DNA from: a virus
Lineage: Duplodnaviria; Caudoviricetes
DNA: 64,000 nucleotides
Reading direction: 5' to 3' (one strand)
IMG/VR virus record: IMGVR_UViG_3300025030_001449
Coordinates: 1 to 64,000 of that record
Position numbers and translations under genes: made by a program
Shown here: positions 30,901 to 40,686 of the stretch, piece by piece
How the letters are laid out: each line of letters starts with the position of its first letter
How positions within the stretch are numbered: the first letter of the stretch is position 1
The notes under the pieces: generated by a model
The model's database searches: none
Told to the model about the DNA's origin: nothing
Seen by the model: only the letters and a program-made list of their open reading frames with translations

Positions 30901-32136
30901 TTTCAAATTTAATTTTTGAACATATTCTTTTGCTTCTTTAAATGGTAAAAATTTTTTCAACTGATCAGCAATTCTACCTGTCCCTAAAAAATCACCCATT
31001 GAAATCCACCCATGATTTTTATAAGTTTTTGATAAGGTTCTTGGTAAATTATTTGGTTTATTTATTTTCCACCAATTTTCATATTCTTTCCCAGATTTCA
31101 AATTTAATTTTTGAACATATTCTTTTGCTTCTTTAAATGGTAAAAATTTTTTCAACCGACCAGAAACTATACCAGTTCCTAAAAAATCACCCCAAGATAC
31201 CCATCCACTTTTTTTATATGTATTATCTGGGTATGCTGGAATATTATCTGGTTTATTTGTTTTCCACCAATTTTCATATTCTTTCCCAGATTTCAAATTT
31301 AATTTTTGAACATATTCTTTTGCTTCTTTAAATGGTAAATGTTGTTTACTTTTATCATATCCTATCCAGTCAGCCATGCTAATAAATTCTTTCTTATAAA
31401 GTCTATAAGGATTAATAGGGATATCGTCTGGTTTTTTTGTTCTATTCCATATTTTTAATTCATGCCCACTTTTAAATCCCTGTTGTCTAACAATCTCTCT
31501 ACTATCTATAAATGATTTCCATTTTCTATTGTGGTTAGAAATTTTATCCTCACCCAACCAATGATATATGTCTTGCCATCCCTTATTTTTATATACTACA
31601 TTTGGATTAATTGGTAAATCAATCGGATTATGTTTTTTAAACCAAATATTATATCCAACCCAACCATTCCTAATATTTTCTTTTCTTATTTTTTTTAATG
31701 CTTTTTGAAATGGCAAGTTCCTTTTTAACTGATAACTATACCTATCTATATTTAATAAATCACACCAAAAACTATTCCTCTCTCCATTATATTGTTTATT
31801 TAATTCATAATATGATTTAGGGTTTCGTGGAATACCTAAATCTCTATTTTTTCGATAAAATTCTAAATAATCTTTTGGATTTTTAATATTATTTTTCCTT
31901 ACTAGTATTTGTAAATTTTTAAAAGATAACATTTTATTTTTTTCATAACCACATTTTTTACAACCACATCTGAGTTTATGAGAAGATGGTGTAATATAAA
32001 ATGGTCCATGTACTGGACATATTATTTTAACTTTTGTCGTAGTATTAATATATTTTACCAATGAATAATCATATTTATCCTCGTGAATCTCTTTGAATTG
32101 TTGAATAACTTCTTCTTTGGTTAGTTTACTTGGCAT
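27985..32136 (-). CDS. multidomain protein: Zn module + tandem repeats + SF2 helicase + Rrp8-like methyltransferase
   Basis: CPVHG..CKKC; repeated PFKEAKEYV..W..GW.SWGDFLG; GVGSGKT, DEIQ, MSATP, QLIGR; DFGCGE..FSLSLMG. Confidence 0.8.
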   Translation of the reverse strand: MPSKLTKEEVIQQFKEIHEDKYDYSLVKYINTTTKVKIICPVHGPFYITPSSHKLRCGCKKCGYEKNKMLSFKNLQILVRKNNIKNPKDYLEFYRKNRDLGIPRNPKSYYELNKQYNGERNSFWCDLLNIDRYSYQLKRNLPFQKALKKIRKENIRNGWVGYNIWFKKHNPIDLPINPNVVYKNKGWQDIYHWLGEDKISNHNRKWKSFIDSREIVRQQGFKSGHELKIWNRTKKPDDIPINPYRLYKKEFISMADWIGYDKSKQHLPFKEAKEYVQKLNLKSGKEYENWWKTNKPDNIPAYPDNTYKKSGWVSWGDFLGTGIVSGRLKKFLPFKEAKEYVQKLNLKSGKEYENWWKINKPNNLPRTLSKTYKNHGWISMGDFLGTGRIADQLKKFLPFKEAKEYVQKLNLKSISKWQEYWKNNNLPNNIPKTPGVAYKNKGWISWGNFLGGGILSNLEKSKQHLPFEEAKEFVHKFNLKSCEEFENWWKINKPNNIPSIPERTYKNEFTCYADFLGYLGNGQHQWNKSAIIDFLKSLQSELINLSSVELITIINSNNLAKKLKELGSLEDFVSSKSGSQHRKDILNDIINKVKKTDETEFDSEEEEKEIEKELQFTEQVLEKDKLDITENEKEEELIPNDEDAIKKLKMLDNKMITASLDDENIDFLLKNKLKEFWNNILNEKEVNIDKLKNEHGGKNFEIIKKEFLTEYYEMKNLKIPKDYIFKYKPNDMQLLVSYRLLKEKIYGNWSGVGSGKTLSAILAGRIAKLKNTLIICNNSIVDGWVKSINEYFTNNNIYVKKYLDNVPANSYNILNDKYNITLPKDNENNYLILNYETFQQEDGEYIASQLFENNIFDYIILDEIQNVKQRDEDKESIRRNVINKLIIKARELNKNLYLLGMSATPVINNLEEPKKLIELLSGQSHDDLDTKGSIINGIEMYKALTITGLRYKPKYDISVNIEKIDIDGSHLVEDIKNVPKGGVLDLEKCLLKPKLDAIKQYIKPGTLIYTYYVTGIIDDIGKYVKDLGFSVGFYTGDDKAGLERFKRREVDVLIGSAPVGTGVDGIQKVCDTLIPLCVPWTSSEFDQLIGRIKRQGSLFDKVNVYIPQVIINTDNGQWSWDKKRFNIVKYKATLADLAIDGRVPKSLLPPKGKMIEDAKQELKDWLDRINKNNIITFEREELKIPLNPEFVEKLKRKLGDFSEMNRRWSVSHSSTTKDRIEKEPEEWYLYHTLYSEQRKTWSEIPYIEISKKIKNRLDWVVGDFGCGENLLSNELPDNKIYGFDYVAINNKVISCDMCNVPLKDNTLDVAVFSLSLMGSNYEDYLKEAYRTLKPFGNIFICEPSSKWKGKEHELKQILEKIGFKCFDSVKNTDRFIYIDGIKY
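30680..31370. repeat. near-identical ~195-bp coding repeats
   Basis: about 78 bp identical between 31067-31144 and 31261-31338; further copies near 30900 and 30700. Confidence 0.8.
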
Positions 32137-32168
32137 AATTATTTTTAATATTAAAAATTAAATTTTTC

Positions 32169-32591
32169 TTACTTATTATCAATTAAATCAATAACATTTT
32201 GGATGTTTAAAATACCAAAAATTAATAAAATTGAAATGAATGTAATAATTATCATCCAAATTTTATATTTTTCATCATTAAAAGAAAGAAAACCAATAAT
32301 TATATTAATTAGTTTAAAAAATAATATTTTATCATAAAAATAAAAACAATAAATCCAAAAAGTAAATTTAACAGTTTTGTCATCCCCGCCAGAATAACTA
32401 ATTGTTTCATCACATTTTTCTTTTAAAGTATAACGCATAAAAATGCCCTCATTTGTTACTGTTTTTATCAAATTATTTTTTATCTTTAAAAAAATCCAGT
32501 TGATTATTTCTATCAAAATTATTGTTAAACTTATCGCTACTAGCCAGCATATAATTGTTAAATTATTACTGATATTATTTATTATATTCAT
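32169..32591 (-). CDS. membrane protein
   Basis: three hydrophobic segments; start moved downstream of promoter at 32645-32676. Confidence 0.6.
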   Translation of the reverse strand: MNIINNISNNLTIICWLVAISLTIILIEIINWIFLKIKNNLIKTVTNEGIFMRYTLKEKCDETISYSGGDDKTVKFTFWIYCFYFYDKILFFKLINIIIGFLSFNDEKYKIWMIIITFISILLIFGILNIQNVIDLIDNK

Positions 32592-32688
32592 AATCTTTTT
32601 ACTATAAATATTATTTTTATTAATATGTTTATATTTCAATTTTACAAAAGTAAGTAAAATAATTGAGATTTCCAAATAAAAAACAAAA

Positions 32689-33306
32689 TTATTTTTTAAA
32701 ATTATATTTTTGATTAATATAACCAATAGAAACACACACAGAATCACTCATGTCAAATGATTCTTTTTTCAATACGTTATTTTTTGAATATATCCATATA
32801 ATTGAAGGATATTCTTTTTGAACCAAATCCCAAATCACCATTTTTTTATCAATCTCATAATCATAACCCCCAAATAATACTGGATTTCCAGGTTTTTCAA
32901 TTAATTCCCCATTTTTTTTAAATTTCCTTGGTTGCATTAATTCTGGAAATGCATATTTCCTTGATTCATAGGCACTCAAATAACTTGGAACAATTTTAAA
33001 TATGTCATAAATTACTTTGGATATCATTCCATTAAATTTAATTAATATTCCACATGTGAAAATATTATTGCTTGATATAAGTGGTTCTTCAATAACAATA
33101 TCTGTTATTCCGATATCTTTATATTGTAATAAAAATTCTTTTACAATATCTACTTTTCTGAACATTTCCTCAAACTTATTCTCTGGTTTTGGATTCTTTG
33201 GTTGTGGAGAAATATGTGTTAATGTTAATAATTTTTTATTTTGGTCCATTATACAAATTCCCACAGTTTTTGTTGAAATATCCAAACTTAAAATTTTATT
33301 GTTCAT
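32689..33306 (-). CDS. RuvC-like Holliday junction resolvase
   Basis: ILSLDISTKTVG, IVIEEP, FDMSDSVCV. Confidence 0.75.
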   Translation of the reverse strand: MNNKILSLDISTKTVGICIMDQNKKLLTLTHISPQPKNPKPENKFEEMFRKVDIVKEFLLQYKDIGITDIVIEEPLISSNNIFTCGILIKFNGMISKVIYDIFKIVPSYLSAYESRKYAFPELMQPRKFKKNGELIEKPGNPVLFGGYDYEIDKKMVIWDLVQKEYPSIIWIYSKNNVLKKESFDMSDSVCVSIGYINQKYNFKK

Positions 33307-33324
33307 ATTATATTAAAAACTTAA

Positions 33325-33666
33325 TTATACTACTAAACCTTTCTTTTTTAAACTTTCAAATATTATTGCACTTTCTTTCTTCATTTCTTCATGCCATTTT
33401 TCATCTCTTGGTTTAAATTTTATCTCATCTTCATCATGTTCTTTCAATGCTTGTTTATTATTTCTATTAACAAATTTCCAATAATATTTATTTTCTGGAT
33501 CTATTCCTTGTTTTACCATATTATATCCATTTTCAATTATTAAATTTATTATTGGCTGGTGCCACGTTATTTGTTTTTGATCTTTATATTCGTCATAAGT
33601 TACAATAAAAAATACATCTGGTTTTTTCATATTTAATAATTTTATCCTCTTTAATTTATCTTTCAT
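33325..33666 (-). CDS. hypothetical protein
   Basis: ORF coupled to upstream nuclease gene. Confidence 0.6.
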   Translation of the reverse strand: MKDKLKRIKLLNMKKPDVFFIVTYDEYKDQKQITWHQPIINLIIENGYNMVKQGIDPENKYYWKFVNRNNKQALKEHDEDEIKFKPRDEKWHEEMKKESAIIFESLKKKGLVV

Positions 33667-34817
33667 TTTATTAATTCTTTAACTTCTTGTTCAGATAATA
33701 ATTGTTTCTTTTCATTGAAAATCATAAATTCAAATCTCATATTCATTTCCAAACATTTTTGTTTTTTTAAAAATATATTATCTTTTTTGCATTTATATGT
33801 CCATGTACTTTTAACTTCAATTATTTTGTTTTCTGATATAATGTAAATATCAGGATAGTATCTTCTTCTTTTATTATTCTCTTTATTATACCAAATTTTA
33901 CCTATTGTTTTCTCAATATCTTTATTATCAATTAATAAATCTTCTTCTTTATATATTTTTAATAATAAATCTAATGCTAATGGTTCATATCCTTGAACTT
34001 TAATAATTTTACCAGACGGTAAAATATAATCCTTTAATTTAAATGCTGATTTTTGTTGTTTTTCAAAAATTTCTGAATTTTGTGAAACATTATTAGTACC
34101 ATATTTTTTTAAATTTGTTTTCTCTGCTTTAATTCTATTATTATAATATTTATTACCATATTTTTCCAATTTTGTTTTTTCTACTTTTTTCCTTAATTCT
34201 GGAGATTGAAAGCAATTATCAACTCCAAATTTTTTATTATTAGTTTCTTTTCTCTTATTATATATTACTTTAAATTCTTTATTTGATTTATTAGAATATG
34301 TTTTAGATATACTTTTTGGATTATTATAATTTTTATTTCCATATTTTTTTAATTTTGTTTCCTCTGATTGTTTTCTGTTATTATAATTTTCATCACCATG
34401 ATTTTTTAATTTTGTTTGTTTAGTTTTTTCTGGATTATTAAAATAAGCATCGCCATATTTTTTTTCTTTTATTTCTAATAATCTATCAAATATTTTTTTA
34501 TTTTGTATAGGAAAATTTACCCCATATTTTCTTAAAGAGGTTTTTTGGTTTTTGCCTGCAATATAGGCACATTTTTGAGAACAACTATACTTATCAATAA
34601 AATTTTTAACGTTTTTCAAATATGTTTGATATTTTATTTGTTTTTCTTTTCCACAGATATCACATTTAACTTTTATTTTTACTTGGCTTCCTTTTGATAA
34701 ATGATTAACTGGTATATCAATAATATCATTATATTTTATATTTGTATATCCTAATTTTTGAAAATATTTTATAGTAAATGGTCTTATTGTTATTTTAACT
34801 GTTTTTGTTAATATCAT
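33663..34817 (-). CDS. homing-endonuclease-like protein (KYG repeats + PD-(D/E)xK domain)
   Basis: CDICG..C..C; repeated T.LKKYG..N; YYPDIYI..IIEVKS. Confidence 0.75.
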   Translation of the reverse strand: MILTKTVKITIRPFTIKYFQKLGYTNIKYNDIIDIPVNHLSKGSQVKIKVKCDICGKEKQIKYQTYLKNVKNFIDKYSCSQKCAYIAGKNQKTSLRKYGVNFPIQNKKIFDRLLEIKEKKYGDAYFNNPEKTKQTKLKNHGDENYNNRKQSEETKLKKYGNKNYNNPKSISKTYSNKSNKEFKVIYNKRKETNNKKFGVDNCFQSPELRKKVEKTKLEKYGNKYYNNRIKAEKTNLKKYGTNNVSQNSEIFEKQQKSAFKLKDYILPSGKIIKVQGYEPLALDLLLKIYKEEDLLIDNKDIEKTIGKIWYNKENNKRRRYYPDIYIISENKIIEVKSTWTYKCKKDNIFLKKQKCLEMNMRFEFMIFNEKKQLLSEQEVKELIK

Positions 34818-34953
34818 TTTCTTTTTGTTTATTTAAATATTCTATTATTAATCTCTCAATTAATCTGGACTTATTTATTAATGTAAAATTTGAATAATTT
34901 TTTAATCTATCAATTATTTTTTCTTCAACTGTAAATGTTACTTTTTTTCTCAT
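34795..34953 (-). CDS. ribbon-helix-helix DNA-binding protein
   Basis: MRKKVTFTVEEKIIDRLK..NKSRLIERLI; start re-assigned. Confidence 0.65.
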   Translation of the reverse strand: MRKKVTFTVEEKIIDRLKNYSNFTLINKSRLIERLIIEYLNKQKENDINKNS

Positions 34954-35029
34954 AATTATATTTCTTTTACATATAAATATTACATAAAATAGCAAAAGAC
35001 CATTTATTTTAAATTATTTTTTAAAAAAG

Positions 35030-36211
35030 TTAGATTTTGATTTGTATATCGAAAACCACAATATTATTTTTACTTTTGGGAACGCTTTCTGAAGTCTTGG
35101 CGATAGCTATAAGTTCTGGTGGATTCTTGCCATTATATAACCCAATTTCTGTAATATATAAATTGTCTGAATTTGTTGCGTTAACCATTCCTACCCCCCA
35201 AACATCCTCGGCGGTTTTATTAGTTGAAACGTTAAATTCTTGGAGGTCTCCTATGCAAATTATGTGCTGTATAAATTCTGTGACAAATGATCGAAACTGT
35301 ATCTGGGCATTAGTAGTGATTCCAGTTTTAGTGAAATTGGTCCCAAACTGTTTTTCTAGTTCTTGAACTATAACTGGATCATGAATTGTACAAAATCCGG
35401 CTGAAAGATATGCTACCCCCAGAATTAAATCTTTTTTCTTTCCAGCTGGAGTATCATCCATAAAATTTGCTAAAAATTTCCCACCCTTATCAAATGGTCT
35501 TTTATTTGATTGTCCTGTTGCCCATGACTTTGCAGTGTCACTATTTGGATTACTTGTTCTTGCACTTAAAGCATCACTGAATAAAAATGCAACATTAGAG
35601 GGGTTATCTAAACTTGGTCCTCCAAATTCATGTGATTGAGGTTGTGGATCACTATAAAGTGAATCTGGGTCCAAAATACTTATAGGATCATCAAAATAAC
35701 TACTATATAAATTTATTGTTGTTCCCCCCGATGGTACAGTTAATTTAATAGATTTACCATCAATTAATTCTCCATAATGGTTTTTAGGTATATCAACAAC
35801 AACTATTTTATTTTGATTCCCAACGCCTGAAAATGCAGTATTACTAAAACCGCCATTAGCAAATGTAGTTCCAGTGAATTTTATTTTTTGTTCATTTGTA
35901 ATAGGATAATTAAAAGAAGAGAATAAATTCCCATATTGACGACTTGTCAAATCTGTTCTATCAGCAATAGTAAAACTAATATGATTAGATTTTGGTGAAC
36001 CACTACTATCTAAAGTAATTAAATTCCCAGAATTCAACCATACTCTTTCTTTTTTAAATCCACCAGATGTTTGGTCAACTTGTTTTAAAAACGGGGCCAA
36101 GGAATTATCTTGTGGAGGTGGTGGTGGAGTTGGTTCAGGTTCTTGACCCTGCAATAGTTGACCTTTATCTTTTATAAAATTTGGATCTGTAAGATTTAGA
36201 TTTACTGGCAT
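35030..36211 (-). CDS. tail/baseplate structural protein
   Basis: C-terminal YITEIGLYN..ELIAIAK (tail-collar-fibre-like motif). Confidence 0.65.
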   Translation of the reverse strand: MPVNLNLTDPNFIKDKGQLLQGQEPEPTPPPPPQDNSLAPFLKQVDQTSGGFKKERVWLNSGNLITLDSSGSPKSNHISFTIADRTDLTSRQYGNLFSSFNYPITNEQKIKFTGTTFANGGFSNTAFSGVGNQNKIVVVDIPKNHYGELIDGKSIKLTVPSGGTTINLYSSYFDDPISILDPDSLYSDPQPQSHEFGGPSLDNPSNVAFLFSDALSARTSNPNSDTAKSWATGQSNKRPFDKGGKFLANFMDDTPAGKKKDLILGVAYLSAGFCTIHDPVIVQELEKQFGTNFTKTGITTNAQIQFRSFVTEFIQHIICIGDLQEFNVSTNKTAEDVWGVGMVNATNSDNLYITEIGLYNGKNPPELIAIAKTSESVPKSKNNIVVFDIQIKI

Positions 36212-36244
36212 ATTGTTCTATTTTCTATATAAATATTATCAACT

Positions 36245-36883
36245 TTAAAATTTTAACCTAATATTATTTAATTCTGTTTTTTTTGATAAAATTTGAATAT
36301 CTTTGATTATTTGTGTTTCTGATACTGGTTCTAATTTTTCTTCTTCCAATTTTATTTTTTGAAATTTACCTTCAATAACTTTAAGAAATTCTATCTGTTT
36401 CTTTTGTAATGTTTGTTTGATTTCCAACCCCCCTATTAATGTATTTTGATTTTGATTTAAGCCTAGCCACCATCTGTTAAATTGAAAATTTCCATTATCA
36501 TTTGTTTGTTCCAAGGGATTTAAAAATATTAAATGAAATTGATTGTTTTCATCTGATATTCCTTCATATTTTAATGTGGATATTATATTTTTATCATTTG
36601 TATTCACCCCTTTTAATTGTATTTTACTACTTGTTTCTCTATTAATTCTTCCGATGGAAAGAGTATCTCTTGCAGGAAACTCAAAATTCAATATTTTTTC
36701 ACTTATTATTGTACTATCTGATTTAGGTTTTAAATAAATAAATTGTTTATTTATTGCTGAAATATATTTTGGTAATGTTTCTTTTCTAGTATTATCAATA
36801 GAAAAATGATCCATTATATCATTTTTATTTCTTCTAATAATATCTGCATAAAACTTATTTATTGTTATTTGTTTAGTTGCCAT
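36245..36883 (-). CDS. hypothetical late protein
   Basis: late promoter at 36890. Confidence 0.6.
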   Translation of the reverse strand: MATKQITINKFYADIIRRNKNDIMDHFSIDNTRKETLPKYISAINKQFIYLKPKSDSTIISEKILNFEFPARDTLSIGRINRETSSKIQLKGVNTNDKNIISTLKYEGISDENNQFHLIFLNPLEQTNDNGNFQFNRWWLGLNQNQNTLIGGLEIKQTLQKKQIEFLKVIEGKFQKIKLEEEKLEPVSETQIIKDIQILSKKTELNNIRLKF

Positions 36884-36902
36884 TTTATATATAAATATTC
36901 AT

Positions 36903-37358
36903 TTATTTCATTATTTCATAATTACCTTCTTTATTTGTCATATAAAAGTTTCCTCTAATATTATATAACTCATAAGGAAATAAATCCATCCAGTATGTTT
37001 CTTTTCCAAATAATACATTTTTAACATTATTTGTGAATTTAACAGAATTAATATCAAAATAAATAATTGATAGTAAAACTACATCACCATTATTATTAAA
37101 TATAATATTATTTCCCATCTTATTAAGACTATCTAACCATACAAAACCATTATTATTAAATTCAACATTATCTGGAATATATGTTATTAAATTAGAATCA
37201 ATATAAGAACCATTAATAATAATTTTATTGTTTTTTATTTTATAAGGATATTTTTCCTTATTTAATATATCAATGAATTCTTTTCTCCTTGAATCTGATT
37301 CTGAAATAATATTCTCTATTAATCTTTTAAATTGAGATTCTGTAATTATAATTTTCAT
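36903..37358 (-). CDS. MKIIITESQ-leader repeat protein, paralog 1
   Basis: 20-aa N-rich repeats x2; paralogous to 43512 and 46566. Confidence 0.8.
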   Translation of the reverse strand: MKIIITESQFKRLIENIISESDSRRKEFIDILNKEKYPYKIKNNKIIINGSYIDSNLITYIPDNVEFNNNGFVWLDSLNKMGNNIIFNNNGDVVLLSIIYFDINSVKFTNNVKNVLFGKETYWMDLFPYELYNIRGNFYMTNKEGNYEIMK

Positions 37359-37486
37359 ATATTCTTATATAAATATTTACTTATATTAAAAATAATCGGT
37401 TTTAATAATAATTTTAATATTTGTTCGTTATACCATAAAATAAAAAATAATTTGGTAAAAATTTAAAAATCAATTAATTATAAATA

Positions 37487-38269
37487 TTAAACATATTCCC
37501 ATTTATACCCTCCAGCCGTTTTAAATCTCTTTCTACAACAATTACAAATAACACTAGATATTATTCCTGTTTCTTTGCCTGCTATTTCTAAACTTTTAAA
37601 TTGTTTAATAAAATTACCATTTTTATCATATTGATTAACTGATCTAGGATCAAATACGTTTTTTTCATGTTTATGATCTTCTAAATTTAATTTTTCTCCT
37701 TTATATTTAAAAATATATCCGCCGGCAGTTTTCCTTCTTTTTTTATTTCTACAAACATTACTTATTTGTCCATCACTGATATTTAATATTTTTCCAGCTT
37801 CTTTTATACTGTTCCATGTTTTAATAAAATTACCTTGTAAATCATATTGATCAACTGGTTTTAATGGATTAATATTTCGTCCCATCCTAGATTTACTTAT
37901 ATTTTTACAATGTTTTTTCGAAAATCCTACACCATATGCCCAATGATTTTTACCACTACCAAATCCAGTTCCGCCAGGAGTATTATTTGTTAATTTAAGC
38001 CCCCACGCCTTCATTTGTTCAATCCAATATGGTTCCCAAAATTCCCACTCATCTTCTGGAACAATATCTAATATTTTTAATTCTGGCTCTATGCCTTCTT
38101 TTATTAATTTATATATCCAACGTTCATTATGTGTTCTCTCTTTATTAGAATTCTTTTTTTGTGATATTAAAATATGACTTCGTAATCTTCTTTTTACTTT
38201 ATCAGTTTTGCCAACATAGCGAATTTCATTCGTTCTAGGATCTGATAAAGTGTAAATAAATATATCCAT
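37487..38269 (-). CDS. GIY-YIG homing endonuclease with NUMOD-type repeats
   Basis: FIYTLSDP..IRYVGKT..RL..H; two V.QYD..G.FIK..TAGGY units; start re-assigned to MDIFIY. Confidence 0.85.
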   Translation of the reverse strand: MDIFIYTLSDPRTNEIRYVGKTDKVKRRLRSHILISQKKNSNKERTHNERWIYKLIKEGIEPELKILDIVPEDEWEFWEPYWIEQMKAWGLKLTNNTPGGTGFGSGKNHWAYGVGFSKKHCKNISKSRMGRNINPLKPVDQYDLQGNFIKTWNSIKEAGKILNISDGQISNVCRNKKRRKTAGGYIFKYKGEKLNLEDHKHEKNVFDPRSVNQYDKNGNFIKQFKSLEIAGKETGIISSVICNCCRKRFKTAGGYKWEYV

Positions 38270-38288
38270 TTTATTATATTTCTTAAAA

Positions 38289-38400
38289 TAAAATCCCTCA
38301 CATTTATTGGGTAATCTATACAATAGTTAAATTGAAGAGAAATAAATGGTATTGGGATTTTAAATATCTTATTTTTAACTATTTTACATTACGATTACCT
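38289..38400 (-). ncRNA. candidate structured RNA (stem-loop with pseudoknot) upstream of GIY-YIG gene
   Basis: four complementary segment pairs; homologous copy at 53151-53270. Confidence 0.5.
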
Positions 38401-38463
38401 ATTATATAAATACCTGGTAAATGAGCAAAAGGCCAATTATTTTAAATTATTTTTAAAGAAGGT

Positions 38464-40686
38464 TTAGAAGTCTAATCCAAGCTCTATGATCACAGTTTTC
38501 CCCACTTTCTTTTCAATTGGTCTATTTATTTTTCCAACAGCAACAAGATTTCTATTATTATCATAAATTCCCACTTCTGAAATAAATACTGAAGTTGTCC
38601 CATCAAATGTTGGGTTAATTGAAGTATTAAATTGATTTCCCCCCGCAGGCAAAACAAATTTTGTTTTATAGCTTATTGCCTGAATATCCGTTTCAATATT
38701 TCCAAAAAAGAATACTTCATCCCCAAATTGTAATTTTGTGTCTTGAGAAGTTGTTGGAATATCAATATAATTATGTAAATTATAAGTATTTCCAGAATTT
38801 GTATCATATAATTCTTTTGTTATATTAAATATTTTTTGATTGGATGATTGATCCAAATCATCTGGATTAATTGTTGTTGCGGATGTTGTATTATAACTGG
38901 TTAAACCTGTTGTTTGATCAATCCATCTCCATAAATCTGCTTTGGGTCTTTGTCCAAGTGCTGTTCTTTGAACTAATAATTTTAAATTTGTTGCATTCCA
39001 ACCTGTGCCAGAATAAGTTGCCATATTGGCAACACTTCTCATATATGGTAATTTACCAAGTGGAAATCTAACTTGTGCAACCCCAGGAACTGGTGATTGA
39101 GATGTGTCTCCTGTAATTCGGACATAATTTTGACAATGTAATCCTGTTGTCATTCCAAGATTAATTGGTGTTCCAACAGTTGTTCCTGACCAAGTTCTTT
39201 GATTTTCAAATAAATAAGAAACCCATACTTGTTGTGTTTGTGGTGAAAATAAATTACTTCCCACGCTTGCAGCAACATCAACTGCTTTACCTTCTAATGT
39301 CGGTAATGTCCAATTTCTATTGGATTTATATAACATTGCTGCCAATAATTCCTCATCTTCAATGATAATAGTTTTTAAATCATTAAATACTTTACCAACA
39401 GTATTTCCAGAACTATCTGTTAAATTATAATAAGTTGTTGTAATTTTACCATTTGTTTTTGATGGGTCTAATGTATCTCCTACTATTAAATTCTTTTTAG
39501 TTTCCCCCACATTTGATAATTCTAGACCAAATGTCGTCCCATCATTATGATGCCACATTATAAGTGGTAAATGGAGTTTAACAGTATCTTTATGTAAACT
39601 TTCCCCATAATAATTTGAAATTGAATGATTTGTATAATGAATTATTCCTATTGCTTTTTGATCTGGTTTATCAAAAGTATAATTTAAATAATTTTTTATT
39701 CCTGTATATCCTGTAGAACCATAATCTGTATGTTCTTCATATGTTGTTAAATCATTCCCTGCAATTGTTTCTGTATGAACAATATTCATATTCCAGATAT
39801 TAAGTTCATCATTTGCTAAATTAGATGTATTTGTAAAGGCAAGAGTATCTTCATTCCAATATTGTGTTGTTTCTCCAGAACCATAAAAAGTATCTATTGA
39901 ATTACCAGAGGGATAAAAGAAAACATTTGCCAATGTTGTTTGAGATGCTCCAGATAATAGCCTACCCCCTGTTGTTGTTCCGCCTGTTAAAGCATTAAAA
40001 TTTGGAAGAATTCCCCTGTCCGTAGTAATATCTAAAAATCCACTTGTTGCTAAATTTCCAGATATTGATTCAATTTTATACCACAAATAAGGTATTGGTT
40101 GCCTATGATCAATATAAATTGCACTCCCGTTATTTGTTGATCTTGTAAGCGCTGACATTGAAGGGTTTCTCCATTCAACTAACATATAATCATCAACTTT
40201 GGGTTGGGTTCCACCAGTAAAAGTTGATCCACTATAAACTCTCATTGATGTTGTTCCTGTTACACCAGAAATATGAATTCTTGCATCAGCTTGATGTAAA
40301 TAAGGTTTAGATGCTGGTGATTGAGCTGTGCGTAATGAATAATTATTAGATGTACCAGAAAAAAATCCTCTTTGTTTGGCAGTATTGGTTATTTCATTTT
40401 CTACAGGTACTATTGATGGTAAAGGTTTATAAAAATCTTCAGAAGTATAACTAAGTTTATCTTCAGCTGGAATAAGATATTTTCCTATTGGTGATTTATC
40501 AAAAGGACTTAATATTCTGTTATTACTATGTACAAAAGAAATATCTTTTCCATAGGTATAATCAATTTCAGAATCTCCAAAGGAAAATTGAGAAAATGTT
40601 AAAGCCCCACTTGATAAAAGTTTACGTCCTATGGTTGTAAGACGTGCCGAAAGAAGAGGCGAAGGCGTTTTATTTATAAAGCTCAT
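38464..40686 (-). CDS. tail/baseplate structural protein
   Basis: N-terminal LT..GR..FSFGDSEIDY and C-terminal ISEVGIYD..LVAVGK. Confidence 0.65.
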   Translation of the reverse strand: MSFINKTPSPLLSARLTTIGRKLLSSGALTFSQFSFGDSEIDYTYGKDISFVHSNNRILSPFDKSPIGKYLIPAEDKLSYTSEDFYKPLPSIVPVENEITNTAKQRGFFSGTSNNYSLRTAQSPASKPYLHQADARIHISGVTGTTSMRVYSGSTFTGGTQPKVDDYMLVEWRNPSMSALTRSTNNGSAIYIDHRQPIPYLWYKIESISGNLATSGFLDITTDRGILPNFNALTGGTTTGGRLLSGASQTTLANVFFYPSGNSIDTFYGSGETTQYWNEDTLAFTNTSNLANDELNIWNMNIVHTETIAGNDLTTYEEHTDYGSTGYTGIKNYLNYTFDKPDQKAIGIIHYTNHSISNYYGESLHKDTVKLHLPLIMWHHNDGTTFGLELSNVGETKKNLIVGDTLDPSKTNGKITTTYYNLTDSSGNTVGKVFNDLKTIIIEDEELLAAMLYKSNRNWTLPTLEGKAVDVAASVGSNLFSPQTQQVWVSYLFENQRTWSGTTVGTPINLGMTTGLHCQNYVRITGDTSQSPVPGVAQVRFPLGKLPYMRSVANMATYSGTGWNATNLKLLVQRTALGQRPKADLWRWIDQTTGLTSYNTTSATTINPDDLDQSSNQKIFNITKELYDTNSGNTYNLHNYIDIPTTSQDTKLQFGDEVFFFGNIETDIQAISYKTKFVLPAGGNQFNTSINPTFDGTTSVFISEVGIYDNNRNLVAVGKINRPIEKKVGKTVIIELGLDF

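Noticed and set aside
33663-38323. Group I introns hosting the homing endonucleases
   Set aside because: Flanking genes look complete and no intron core was recognised; treated as free-standing
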